Source of the DNA: Candidatus Limnocylindria bacterium
GTDB taxonomy: Bacteria > Chloroflexota > Limnocylindria > P2-11E
Length of the DNA: 64,000 nt
Direction: 5' to 3'
NCBI GenBank assembly: GCA_036003765.1
Contig: DASYSC010000221.1
Location: forward strand, 2,969-66,968
Shown here: positions 10,544 through 18,928 of the stretch, in pieces
Layout: each line of letters begins with the position of its first letter
Position numbering within the stretch: position 1 is the stretch's first letter
Notes under the pieces: generated by a model
Databases searched by the model: none
The model's input: only the letters and a program-made list of their open reading frames with translations
Told to the model about the DNA's origin: nothing
Program-made: the position numbers and the translations under genes

Positions 10544-10561
10544 GACACTTACGTAAGTGTC
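10544..10561. promoter_or_regulatory. Perfect 18-bp palindrome GACACTTACGTAAGTGTC overlapping a TTGACA -35 hexamer; predicted ArsR autoregulatory operator
   Basis: Seen in the sequence. TTGACA is at 10542-10547, an 18-nt spacer follows, then TACGCT at 10566-10571, and the ATG at 10579. This implies a leaderless arsR mRNA. Confidence 0.6.
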
Positions 10562-10578
10562 CACTTACGCTCTGGTCA

Positions 10579-10914
10579 ATGGACGCCTTCGCCGCGCTTG
10601 GGGAACCGCGGCGGCGCGAAATCCTCCGACTGGTCTCCGCAGCCGAGCTCTCGGTCGGGGAGATTGCGCGCCGTTTCGAGGTCACCCGGCCGGCGATCTC
10701 GCAGCACCTGCGCGTCCTGAGGGAGGCGGGCCTCGTGACCGAGCGCCGCAACGGCACGAAGCGCCTGTATCGCGCGCGCCCGGAGACCCTCGCCGAGCTC
10801 CGCGCGTACCTCGAAGCGTTCTGGGACGAGAGTCTTCGCTCGCTGAAGACCGCCGCGGAGCAAGAGGAACAACAGAGGAGGACAAGGCATGGCCGTCGAC
10901 ACGAGAGTCATTGA
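10579..10914 (+). CDS. ArsR/SmtB-family metalloregulatory transcriptional repressor
   Basis: The HTH region ELSVGEIARRFEVTRPAISQHLRVLREAGLV is typical of ArsR. It overlaps the next gene by 26 nt. Confidence 0.85.
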   Translation: MDAFAALGEPRRREILRLVSAAELSVGEIARRFEVTRPAISQHLRVLREAGLVTERRNGTKRLYRARPETLAELRAYLEAFWDESLRSLKTAAEQEEQQRRTRHGRRHESH

Positions 10915-11344
10915 GCGCGTCATCACGATCCAGGCGCCGCCCGAGACCGTCTTTCGTCTCCTGACGGATCCGGTCCAGTACGTCCGCTGGAAGGGCAAGC
11001 TCGCCGAGCTCGAGCCGCGGCCGGGCGGCACGTTCCGGGTCGAATTCGCCAACACGAAGGACATCGCGGCCGGAAAGTTCGTGGAGGTCGTCCCCGGCCG
11101 GCGCGTCGTGTTCACCTGGGGCTGGGAAGGGAACGAGCACATCCCGCCAGGGATGAGCACCGTGGAAATCGACCTCGCACCCGAAGGCACTGGGACGCGG
11201 CTGCGCCTCATCCATCGCGGGCTGCCGGCGGCAGCGCTCGCGAGCCACGCCGAGGGGTGGGATTACTTCCTGCCGCGCCTCGAGGACGTCGCCGAGGGGA
11301 GGGAGCCGCGCGAAGCAGAGCACCACACCGACACCAAGCAATAA
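10889..11344 (+). CDS. SRPBCC-superfamily protein (AHSA1/activator-of-Hsp90-ATPase-homolog-like)
   Basis: An ArsR+SRPBCC pairing is common. TVFRLLTDP...RWKG...TW is AHSA1-like. Confidence 0.6.
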   Translation: MAVDTRVIERVITIQAPPETVFRLLTDPVQYVRWKGKLAELEPRPGGTFRVEFANTKDIAAGKFVEVVPGRRVVFTWGWEGNEHIPPGMSTVEIDLAPEGTGTRLRLIHRGLPAAALASHAEGWDYFLPRLEDVAEGREPREAEHHTDTKQ

Positions 11345-11361
11345 AGGGGAGGACTCACCAC

Positions 11362-11709
11362 ATGGGCGCGCCTATCACCCACGTCGAGATCAACACCAAG
11401 GAATCGAAGAAGCTCCAGGATTTCTACAGCAAGCTCTTTGACTGGCACATGGACACCAACAACCCGATGGGCTACGCGATGGTGGACACGCACGCCGGCA
11501 AAGGCATTGGCGCCGGAATCGGTCAGTCGCAGAACGGTCGGAACTTCGTGACGTTCTACGTCGACGTGACCGACCTCGAAGCCACGCTGAAGAAGGCGGA
11601 AGGGCTCGGCGCGAAGACCGTGCTCAAGCCGACGCAGACCGGCCCGGTCACAGTCGCGATGTTCGCGGACCCCGAGGGCAACGTCATCGGGCTCGCAAAG
11701 GGGATGTAA
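11362..11709 (+). CDS. VOC-family protein (glyoxalase/bleomycin-resistance fold)
   Basis: GGGGAGGA RBS at 11346-11353. ITHVEINT...FYVDVTDLEA...GNVIGL is a glyoxalase-like beta-alpha-beta-beta-beta pattern. Confidence 0.65.
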   Translation: MGAPITHVEINTKESKKLQDFYSKLFDWHMDTNNPMGYAMVDTHAGKGIGAGIGQSQNGRNFVTFYVDVTDLEATLKKAEGLGAKTVLKPTQTGPVTVAMFADPEGNVIGLAKGM

Positions 11710-11717
11710 CTACGGGC

Positions 11718-11758
11718 GTGGCGACCGCCGGGTTCACCGACTTCTCGACGGTCGCCAC
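11718..11758 (+). terminator. 10-bp-stem hairpin (GTGGCGACCG...CGGTCGCCAC) after the arsR operon; no U-tract
   Basis: Seen in the sequence. Could be a factor-dependent or intrinsic terminator variant. Confidence 0.3.
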
Positions 11759-11830
11759 GACCGAATCGCAACCTTGGTAGCGCCCATCCGTCGCTGACCC
11801 GGGCATGCCCTTCGCTCAGGCTTCCCGGGC

Positions 11831-13054
11831 ATGGAAAAAATCAACGCTGGCGACACCGCCTGGCTCCTCGCCTCCGCCGCGCTCGTCATGCTCATGACCC
11901 CGGCGCTCGGGTTCTTCTACGGCGGGCTCGTCCGCCGCAAAAACGTGCTCGCGACGATCATGCACAGCTTCTTCATCCTCTGCCTCATCAGCGTGCAGTG
12001 GGTGCTCTGGGGGTACACGCTCGCGTTCGGTCCGGACATCGGTGGGATCATCGGAGGCCTCGACTGGGCGGCGCTTAGAGGCGTCGGCCAGGACCCGGGA
12101 CCGTACGCGCCGACCGTCCCGCACGAGGCGTACATGGTCTTCCAGATGATGTTCGCCGTGATCACGCCGGCGCTCATCACCGGCGCGTTCGCCGAGCGCA
12201 AGCGCTTCAAGGCCTTCGTCGTCTTCACGCTGCTCTGGGCGACCTTCGTCTACGACCCGGTCGCGCACTGGGTCTGGGGCGGCGGCTGGCTCGGTCAGCT
12301 CGGGGCGCTCGACTTCGCCGGCGGCACGGTCGTGCACATCACGAGCGGCGTGTCGGCGCTCGTCGCCGCGCTCGTCCTCGGCCGCCGCGTCGGCTTCGGC
12401 CGAGAGGCCATGGACCCGCACGACGCCACCATGACCGTCCTTGGCGCGTCGCTCCTCTGGTTCGGCTGGTTCGGCTTCAACGCCGGCAGCGCGATCACCG
12501 CGGGCGGCCTCGCCGCGAACGCGTTCGTCGTGACCAACACCGCGGCCGCGATGGGCGCGCTCACCTGGATGACCGTCTCGTGGCTGCACAAGGGCGCGCC
12601 GAGCGTGCTCGGTGCGGCGGCAGGCGCGGTCGCCGGGCTCGTCGCGATCACGCCGGCGTCGGGCTACGTCGACGTGTCGGCGTCGATCCTCATCGGCCTC
12701 GGCGCGGGCATCTTCTGCTACACCGCGATCCAGATCACCAAGCGCTTCAAGGTCGACGACGCCCTCGACGTGTTCGGGGTGCACGGCGTCGGCGGGGCGT
12801 GGGGCGCGCTCGCGACGGGCGTCTTCGCGACCGTCGCGGTGAACAGCGCCGCGAAGGACGGGCTCATCGCCGGCAACCCCGGACAGCTGGGGATCCAGGC
12901 GATCGCGGTGCTCGCGTCCATCGTGTACTCGGCGGTCATGACCTTCGTGATCCTGAAGCTCATCGATCTCTTCGTCGGACTGCGCGTGCCCGAGAGCGAG
13001 GAAGTGCTCGGTCTCGACGCGACGCAACACCGCGAAGCGGCGTATCAGATCTAA
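11831..13054 (+). CDS. amt: Ammonium transporter Amt family
   Basis: DTAWLLASAALVMLMTPALGFFYGG and the rest of the 11-TM Amt pattern. No glnK follows. Confidence 0.9.
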   Translation: MEKINAGDTAWLLASAALVMLMTPALGFFYGGLVRRKNVLATIMHSFFILCLISVQWVLWGYTLAFGPDIGGIIGGLDWAALRGVGQDPGPYAPTVPHEAYMVFQMMFAVITPALITGAFAERKRFKAFVVFTLLWATFVYDPVAHWVWGGGWLGQLGALDFAGGTVVHITSGVSALVAALVLGRRVGFGREAMDPHDATMTVLGASLLWFGWFGFNAGSAITAGGLAANAFVVTNTAAAMGALTWMTVSWLHKGAPSVLGAAAGAVAGLVAITPASGYVDVSASILIGLGAGIFCYTAIQITKRFKVDDALDVFGVHGVGGAWGALATGVFATVAVNSAAKDGLIAGNPGQLGIQAIAVLASIVYSAVMTFVILKLIDLFVGLRVPESEEVLGLDATQHREAAYQI

Positions 13055-13065
13055 AGGAGGCTCCG

Positions 13066-13176
13066 ATGGAGTTTCTGGCATTCGCATCCTTCGCGATCCT
13101 GGTGGTCGGTTGGCTCGTCGCTCCGTCGCGCACGGTCACGCCGGTCAGCCACGCCGAGGAGCGCAAAGCGGCGTAA
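13066..13176 (+). CDS. Small membrane peptide (36 aa) directly downstream of amt
   Basis: AAAGGAGG RBS at 13053-13060, 6 nt before the ATG. MEFLAFASFAILVVGWLVAPSRTVTPVSHAEERKAA has a single TM helix. Confidence 0.45.
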   Translation: MEFLAFASFAILVVGWLVAPSRTVTPVSHAEERKAA

Positions 13177-13200
13177 CGCCGCGACCGACATTGGTCGACT

Positions 13201-13240
13201 GAGGACCAGGCTCCGAGAGGGGCTTGGTCCTCTTCGTGTC
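13201..13240 (+). terminator. Candidate terminator hairpin after the amt/small-peptide unit (GAGGACCAGGC...GCTTGGTCCTC followed by a T-rich tail)
   Basis: Seen in the sequence. The U-tract is weak. Confidence 0.35.
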
Positions 13241-13282
13241 TCGCGCTCGGCGTACACTCAACTGACAAGAAACTGAATACGA

Positions 13283-13372
13283 CGGGGGAGCGCCCGACGA
13301 AAGGGGCGCTGAGAGTGCGGACGGCCGCAGACCCCAGAACCTGATCTGAGTAATGTCAGCGTAGGGAGTCGA
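13283..13372 (+). ncRNA. TPP (thiamine pyrophosphate) riboswitch / THI-box aptamer
   Basis: Conserved THI-element strings are present: GGGGAGCGCC...GGCGCUGAGAG (CUGAGA at 13309-13314), ACCCCAGAACCUGAUCUGAGUAAUGUCAGCGUAGGGAG. It sits upstream of the thiamine kinase/transport operon. Confidence 0.8.
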
Positions 13373-13390
13373 GACGCGTGAAACCTACGA

Positions 13391-13419
13391 GCGGCGCTCA
13401 GGCGCCGCTCTTGTTTTTT
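13391..13419 (+). terminator. Intrinsic terminator (GCGGCGC-TCAG-GCGCCGC followed by TCTTGTTTTTTC): expression platform of the TPP riboswitch (transcription attenuation)
   Basis: A perfect 7-bp GC stem plus a T-tract, 19 nt after the aptamer and 45 nt before the thiN ATG. Confidence 0.75.
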
Positions 13420-13463
13420 CGGGGTCCAACCCCGGGGGTCGGGGGGCAGAGCCCCCCGCTCGC

Positions 13464-14114
13464 ATGAGGGCGGTCGTCGTCGCACACGGCGACGTGCTCC
13501 CGTCCGATCGCGCGGCCATCGACGGCGACTCGTTCGTCGTCGCGGCCGACGGCGGCGCCTTCGCGCTCGAGCGCTGGAACATCTTTCCCCACCTGGTCGT
13601 GGGCGACATGGACTCGCTTGGCCAGGCCGGCGTCGAGCGCCTTGCGCGTCAGGGCATCGCCGTCGCGAGGTTTCCTCCGGACAAGGACGAGTCCGACCTC
13701 GAGCTCGCCGTCGCGCAGGCAATCGCCGCCGGCGCCAAAGAAATCGTGGTCCTGGGCGCGCTCGGCGGCGAGCGGCTCGATCACGAGGCGGCGAACCTTC
13801 TCCTTCTCGCCGATCCCGGCTATGACGGCGTACACATCGAGGCGCGTCGCGGCGCGCTGCGGGTGCGCGCCCTTCGCGGACCAGGCTCGCTCACGCTCGA
13901 TGGACCCACCGGCTCGCGCGTGACGCTGCTGCCGGTCGCGGGCGATGCCGAAGGCGTCAGCACGACCGGGCTCCGCTACCGACTCGACGCGGAGACGCTG
14001 CGTTTCGGGCGCGCTCGTGGCCTCAGCAACGAGATCGCGGCGCTGCCGGCGAGCGTCTCGTTCGACAGAGGAACGCTGCTCGTCTTCGAATCACCACAGG
14101 GGGGTGCGACATGA
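13464..14114 (+). CDS. thiN: Thiamine pyrophosphokinase
   Basis: VVGDMDSL (GDxDS) catalytic motif and a TPK fold pattern; first gene behind the TPP riboswitch. Confidence 0.75.
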   Translation: MRAVVVAHGDVLPSDRAAIDGDSFVVAADGGAFALERWNIFPHLVVGDMDSLGQAGVERLARQGIAVARFPPDKDESDLELAVAQAIAAGAKEIVVLGALGGERLDHEAANLLLLADPGYDGVHIEARRGALRVRALRGPGSLTLDGPTGSRVTLLPVAGDAEGVSTTGLRYRLDAETLRFGRARGLSNEIAALPASVSFDRGTLLVFESPQGGAT

Positions 14115-14728
14115 CCGAGACACGAACAAGATCCGACGACCCGGCGATCAAGGCGCCGCCGTTCTTCGGCGCGCGCTTCTCGCTCTACCCGATGACCGAC
14201 CGCTACGTCGCGGTGATCCTCGATGCGATCAAGGGCCTGCGCGACATGGGTCTCGAGGTCGAGACTGATGACCTGAGCACGTTCATCGCCGGCGACCGCG
14301 ACCGCGTCTTCGGCGAGCTCGCCCGAGTATTCGCCGCCGCCGCGCGGACGGGCGAGCACGTGGTCATGACGGTCCTCCTGTCGCACGGCTGTCCCGGCGA
14401 GACGTACTGCGAGTCGACGGGCGAGATCCGCGTGCCCGTCCGGGCCACCAAAGACGCCGACAAGAGCGGGGTGGCCGTGAGCGCGCAGTGGTCGCTCTAT
14501 CCGCTGGGCAGCGACGGCTACATGGACGTCATCTACCGCGAGATCGACCGCACCAAGAAGTCGGGCGTCTTCGGGAAGGGGGCGCACTTTGTCTCAGGAC
14601 TTCGCGGCGACCTGAGCGACGTGCTCGGCGCGATCCGCACTTCGTTCGACGCCGCGTGCGCCGACGCCGGACACGTCGTGGCCCACGCGACGGTGTCGGC
14701 GAACTCGCCGACCGTGAGGTCCTCATGA
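14111..14728 (+). CDS. ykoF: YkoF-family thiamine/HMP-binding protein (tandem MTH1187/YkoF domains)
   Basis: Two repeats, each with an SLYPM/SLYPL motif, about 200 aa. Operon context with ykoEDC. ATGA-type overlaps on both sides. Confidence 0.6.
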   Translation: MTETRTRSDDPAIKAPPFFGARFSLYPMTDRYVAVILDAIKGLRDMGLEVETDDLSTFIAGDRDRVFGELARVFAAAARTGEHVVMTVLLSHGCPGETYCESTGEIRVPVRATKDADKSGVAVSAQWSLYPLGSDGYMDVIYREIDRTKKSGVFGKGAHFVSGLRGDLSDVLGAIRTSFDAACADAGHVVAHATVSANSPTVRSS

Positions 14729-15837
14729 ACCGTTCCTTCAGCGTCGCTCGCGCGGTCGCGCTCGTCGGCGCACTCCTCGCGCTCGTCGCGTTCTTCCTAC
14801 CCTGGGTCATCTACGCGCAACGGAGCTTCAGCGGCGCCGAGCTGGCGAGCACGCTGGCGCCGGCCCTCGCGGCGGTGAAGGCCGGCGGGATCAAGGGCCT
14901 CGACATCGGGCTCTGGGCGGTCGCGCTCGCGGCGGCACTGGCCGCCGTCTTCGTCATCGTCTCCGGGGCTCGTGCGGCCGATCCGCACGAAGGCCGCTAC
15001 CGCCTCTGGGCGGCGGCTGCCGCGATTACCGGGCTCGCCTTCGCCATCCTGTTCCTCGCGAGCGGCCTGCTGGGCGGCACGCCAGGCATCGACTTCGCCC
15101 CGGCCGCGATCCGCACGGACAACACGGTGAAGGCGACGGTCGCCAAGGCGATCGGTGCCGGCGACTTTATCGGCATTGGGATCGGCGTGTACCTCGCGAT
15201 CGCCGGCTTCGCGGCGGCGGCGATCGGCGCGATCCTCGCGCGTCCGGCGCGCGACGAGCGGGTCTGGCGCACGCAGGATTTCGTACTCCTTGCGATCCTC
15301 GCCGTCGTGTTCGGGGCCATCTACTGGGCCTGGCTCGGCCCCTACCTCGGTATCGCAACGATCCTCGCCGGCGTGAGCGCGCAGTTCGGGCAGGAGCTGC
15401 TCTTCGGGCTCTGGTTCATCGGCGGCCTGCTCGGCGGCTACATCATTCGTCGGCCCGGCGCCGCGTTCCTCTCCGAGACGCTCGCCGCGTTCGCCGAGGT
15501 CCTCCTCGGGGCGCCCGCGGGTCCGGTCCTCATCGTCACCGGCTTCATGCAGGCGCTCGGTCCGGAGCTCACGTTCGCCGCGACCGGCTACCGGCGCTGG
15601 GGCTGGGGGACGATGGCCGTCGCTGGCATCGCCGCCGGGGTCGTCGCGCTCCCCTGGAACTGGCTACGTCTCGGCTACTTCGCCCTCGACCCGGGCATCA
15701 TGCTCGGACTCTTCATCACGCGTGTCGTCGCCGGCGCGCTCGCCGGGATCGCGGCGAAGGCGATCGGCGACCTCGTGGCGGCAACCGGCTCGCTCAACTA
15801 CTTCGCGCTCGGCCGGGAGCGAGTGCAGGAAGTGTGA
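14725..15837 (+). CDS. ykoE: YkoE-like ECF-transporter substrate-specific (S) transmembrane component with an extra N-terminal polytopic TM domain
   Basis: The C-terminal half (about 190 aa) is YkoE/ThiW-like and glycine-rich across its TM helices. The N-terminal 180 aa adds 4-5 more TM helices. The start overlaps the ykoF stop (ATGA). Confidence 0.55.
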   Translation: MNRSFSVARAVALVGALLALVAFFLPWVIYAQRSFSGAELASTLAPALAAVKAGGIKGLDIGLWAVALAAALAAVFVIVSGARAADPHEGRYRLWAAAAAITGLAFAILFLASGLLGGTPGIDFAPAAIRTDNTVKATVAKAIGAGDFIGIGIGVYLAIAGFAAAAIGAILARPARDERVWRTQDFVLLAILAVVFGAIYWAWLGPYLGIATILAGVSAQFGQELLFGLWFIGGLLGGYIIRRPGAAFLSETLAAFAEVLLGAPAGPVLIVTGFMQALGPELTFAATGYRRWGWGTMAVAGIAAGVVALPWNWLRLGYFALDPGIMLGLFITRVVAGALAGIAAKAIGDLVAATGSLNYFALGRERVQEV

Positions 15838-17495
15838 CCTCCGCGTTCGCACGCGCCGAGTCGCTCACCATCCGTCATGTCGGACGGAAGCGGCCGGCGC
15901 TCCGCGACCTCGATCTCGAATGGGAGGAGGGTGAGCGGCTCCTCCTCCTCGGACCGAGCGGCGCCGGAAAGAGCACGCTCGCGCTCTGCCTCGACGGCGT
16001 GATCCCGCACGCGCTCGACGCTCACTGGGACGGCGGCAGTCTGACGGTCGACGGACGCGACACGCGGGCGGCGTCGCTCGCGGAGCTCGCGAGCAACGTC
16101 GGTGTCCTCTTCCAGGATCCTGAAACGCAGCTCGTCATGCTCGAGACCGATGACGAGATCGCGTTCGGGCTCGAGAACCTCGGCCTGTCGCGAGACGAGA
16201 TGGTCGAGCGCGTCGCGGAGGCTCGCGCGGCAACCGGCCTCGGACCCGCGACGCCGCGACGGCTGGACACCCTGTCCGGTGGGACGAAGCAGCGCGTGGC
16301 ACTCGCCTCGCTCCTCGCCATGCGCCCGCGAGCGCTCGTGCTCGACGAGCCGACGGCAAATCTCGATCCGGTCGGCGCACGCGAGGTCGTCACCGCCTTC
16401 GCGGCGCTCGCCATTCGGCGCGAGCGTTCGTTCCTCTTGGTCGAGCACCGCCTCGATCCGCTCCTGCGGTTCATCGACCGCGTCGCGGTGCTCGGCGACG
16501 ACGGCCGTCTCGCGCTCGCGGACGAGCCCGATCGCGTCTTCATGGAACACGCGACCGAGCTGGATCGGCTCGGCGTCTGGCAACCCGAGCTCGCAGACCT
16601 CGCGCGCCTCCTCGGCGCGCCAGACATGCCTCGCGACACGAGCGAGGCCGCCGCGTTGCTCCACGACCGCTGGCCGCGCGGCGCGCGCGCACCACAGCAC
16701 GCGCTCCCGTCAGGCGCCATCACGGTCGCGACCCGCGACCTCGCCTACCGCTACCGCGCGACCGATCGCGACGCGGTCAGCGGCATCTCGCTCGAGCTGC
16801 ATGAAGGCGAGATCGCCGCGATCGTCGGCGCGAACGGCGCGGGAAAGAGCACGCTCGGTCTTCTCATCGCCCATGCGTTGCGCCCGTCGCATGGCGCGGT
16901 CAGCGTCCGCGGCGACGTCGCGTATGTCTTCCAGTACCCGGAGCGAGGCTTCCTCGCGACAACAGTCCGCGAGGAGGTGGGCTACACAGCGCGCGTCGGC
17001 GGCCGGATCGCACGCGATCCGGACATCCTGCTCGAGCGGTTCGGGTTGGCTCGGCTCGCGGAGGCGAACCCGCACTCGCTCTCGCACGGCGAGAAGCGTC
17101 GCCTTTCGGTCGCGAGCGCCCTCGTCACGAGCCCAAACGTCCTCGTCCTCGACGAGCCGACCTTCGGCCAGGACCTGCGGAACACGCGCGAGCTCGTGGC
17201 GCTCCTTCGCGAGGAGCAGGCCGGCGGGACGACGATCGTCGTCATCACGCACGACCTCTCGCTCGTCGCCGAGCTCGCCGACCGCGCGCTTGCGATGGCC
17301 GAGGGCCGGATTGGCTTCGACGGGACGCCCGCCGAGCTCTTCGCGCGCGCCGATCTGCCAAGCTTCGGCCTGGCGCTGCCGCCTGTGGCTGACGCGTTCG
17401 CGCGCGCGCGCGAGCGAGATAGCTCGATCGTGCCGGTCACCGGCCTCGCCGCGGCGCGCGAGGTGCTGGCCGCGCGCGAGACGGTGAGCGCTTAA
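15834..17495 (+). CDS. ykoD: Duplicated ABC ATPase (ECF A-A' fusion), YkoD-like
   Basis: Two complete ABC cassettes are present (GPSGAGKST...LSGGTKQRV...LVLDEPT, and GANGAGKST...LSHGEKRRL...LVLDEPT). Confidence 0.85.
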   Translation: MTSAFARAESLTIRHVGRKRPALRDLDLEWEEGERLLLLGPSGAGKSTLALCLDGVIPHALDAHWDGGSLTVDGRDTRAASLAELASNVGVLFQDPETQLVMLETDDEIAFGLENLGLSRDEMVERVAEARAATGLGPATPRRLDTLSGGTKQRVALASLLAMRPRALVLDEPTANLDPVGAREVVTAFAALAIRRERSFLLVEHRLDPLLRFIDRVAVLGDDGRLALADEPDRVFMEHATELDRLGVWQPELADLARLLGAPDMPRDTSEAAALLHDRWPRGARAPQHALPSGAITVATRDLAYRYRATDRDAVSGISLELHEGEIAAIVGANGAGKSTLGLLIAHALRPSHGAVSVRGDVAYVFQYPERGFLATTVREEVGYTARVGGRIARDPDILLERFGLARLAEANPHSLSHGEKRRLSVASALVTSPNVLVLDEPTFGQDLRNTRELVALLREEQAGGTTIVVITHDLSLVAELADRALAMAEGRIGFDGTPAELFARADLPSFGLALPPVADAFARARERDSSIVPVTGLAAAREVLAARETVSA

Positions 17496-17497
17496 AC

Positions 17498-18268
17498 GTG
17501 CTCTCCCGTCTCGATCCGACGGTGAAACTGGCAGTGACGCTGGCGATCTCGCTGCTTCTTCTGTTCGTCATCGATCCCGTGACGCCGCTGCTCTTCCTCG
17601 CGGTCGCGATCGCCGCAGCGGTCGCGGGAGGCGCCCGCCCCGGCACGATCATCCGGGCACTCGTTCCGCTCTCTGTGCTCGGCATCGGCTTCGTCTGGAG
17701 CAACGCCGTCTTCGCCGCGACGCACGAGCCGCCGACGTGGACGATCGGACCGTTCCACGCGACCGAGGCGGGGTTTCGCTTCGGGCTGGCTATCGCGCTC
17801 CGCGGTCTCGCGATCGGGATGCTCTCGCTCGCCTTCATTTGGACGACCGATCCGACCGATCTCATCGTGAGCCTCATCCGGCACGCGCGCCTGCCGTTCC
17901 GGATCGGCTATCCCTTGCTCGCCGGTTATCGCTTCCTGCCGTTCTTCGCCGACGAGTACGCGCAGGTGCGTCTCGCGCGAAGAGTCCGCGGGCGGATCGC
18001 GCGCGGTCCATTCGGCCGCATCCGCGAGGCGACCGGAGACCTCGTCACGCTCCTCTCCGACGCGACCCGGCGAGCGACGCGGATCGCGATCGCGATGGAT
18101 GCTCGCGCGTTCGCGTCCGCGCGCGAGCGCACTTACTGGCGCGAGGTGCCGCTCACATTCGGCGATCTCGTTTTCGCCATTGTCGCGATCGGTGTGGTGG
18201 TCGGACTCCTCACGTTCTCAGGCGCGATCGGCTGGCTCCGCGTGTGGGACGGCCGCTTCTCGGCGTAG
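17498..18268 (+). CDS. ykoC: ECF-transporter T component (CbiQ family), YkoC-like
   Basis: Polytopic CbiQ-like protein with the conserved ARG...R signature region; last gene of the operon. Confidence 0.75.
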   Translation: MLSRLDPTVKLAVTLAISLLLLFVIDPVTPLLFLAVAIAAAVAGGARPGTIIRALVPLSVLGIGFVWSNAVFAATHEPPTWTIGPFHATEAGFRFGLAIALRGLAIGMLSLAFIWTTDPTDLIVSLIRHARLPFRIGYPLLAGYRFLPFFADEYAQVRLARRVRGRIARGPFGRIREATGDLVTLLSDATRRATRIAIAMDARAFASARERTYWREVPLTFGDLVFAIVAIGVVVGLLTFSGAIGWLRVWDGRFSA

Positions 18269-18331
18269 AGGGCCAGACCAAGCCGTCGCCCAACGCTGAG
18301 GGTCGCCGCCGTGCTGTATGCTGTGCTGTAT

Positions 18332-18583
18332 ATGGCAGCGACTCGGACGCAAGTCTATCTGACGGCGGAACAGCGGCAGAAACTCGATTCGCGACGCCGA
18401 CGCGAGCGCAAGACGCTGGCTGCGGTGGTTCGGGACGCCATCGATGCCTACGTCGGCAAAGAAAAGCCGGTCGACCGGGGCAAGACCCTCGCTGAGACGT
18501 TCGGCGTAGCGCCAAAATTCAGCGTTCCCTCTCGCAACGAGTGGGGGCAGCGTGCCCGACGTGCCCGACGTGTCCGAACCTAA
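18332..18583 (+). CDS. vapB: VapB-type antitoxin (ribbon-helix-helix)
   Basis: TRTQVYLTAEQRQKLDSRRRRERKTLAAVVRDAID is an RHH antitoxin pattern. It lies immediately upstream of a PIN toxin and overlaps it. Confidence 0.7.
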   Translation: MAATRTQVYLTAEQRQKLDSRRRRERKTLAAVVRDAIDAYVGKEKPVDRGKTLAETFGVAPKFSVPSRNEWGQRARRARRVRT

Positions 18584-18926
18584 TGTCCTTCTCGACACCG
18601 ACGTCTTTGTCGACCACCTGCGAGGAGCGCGCAGGCATCCCGAGGTCAGCGGCTCGTATTCCGTGATCACTCGGGCTGAGCTGTTCGCAGGCGCTGAGAA
18701 GGACGAGCCTGCGGTGCGCGCACTGCTCGAACTTCACACCGAGATCGAGGTCGATTCCGCGATCGCGGAGCGCGCGGGGCGCCTCCGGCGGACCGCCAGC
18801 GTGCGGACGCCGGATGCCCTTATCGCAGCGACAGCGCTCGAGCACGGGCTGGACCTCGTCACGCGCAACCGTCGCGACTTTGCGAAGGTGCGTGGTCTCC
18901 GTGTGCGCGATCCCGCGGCGGTGTAG
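18552..18926 (+). CDS. vapC: VapC PIN-domain ribonuclease toxin (GTG start; three in-frame GTGs sit in a gtgcccgac tandem repeat)
   Basis: LLDTDVFVDHL...ITRAELF...DALIAATALEHGLDLVTRNRRDF carries the four PIN acidic residues. Confidence 0.8.
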   Translation: MPDVPDVSEPNVLLDTDVFVDHLRGARRHPEVSGSYSVITRAELFAGAEKDEPAVRALLELHTEIEVDSAIAERAGRLRRTASVRTPDALIAATALEHGLDLVTRNRRDFAKVRGLRVRDPAAV

Positions 18927-18928
18927 CC

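Noticed and set aside
13055-13065. glnK/PII gene expected after amt
   Set aside because: No PII-like ORF exists downstream; only a 36-aa peptide gene.
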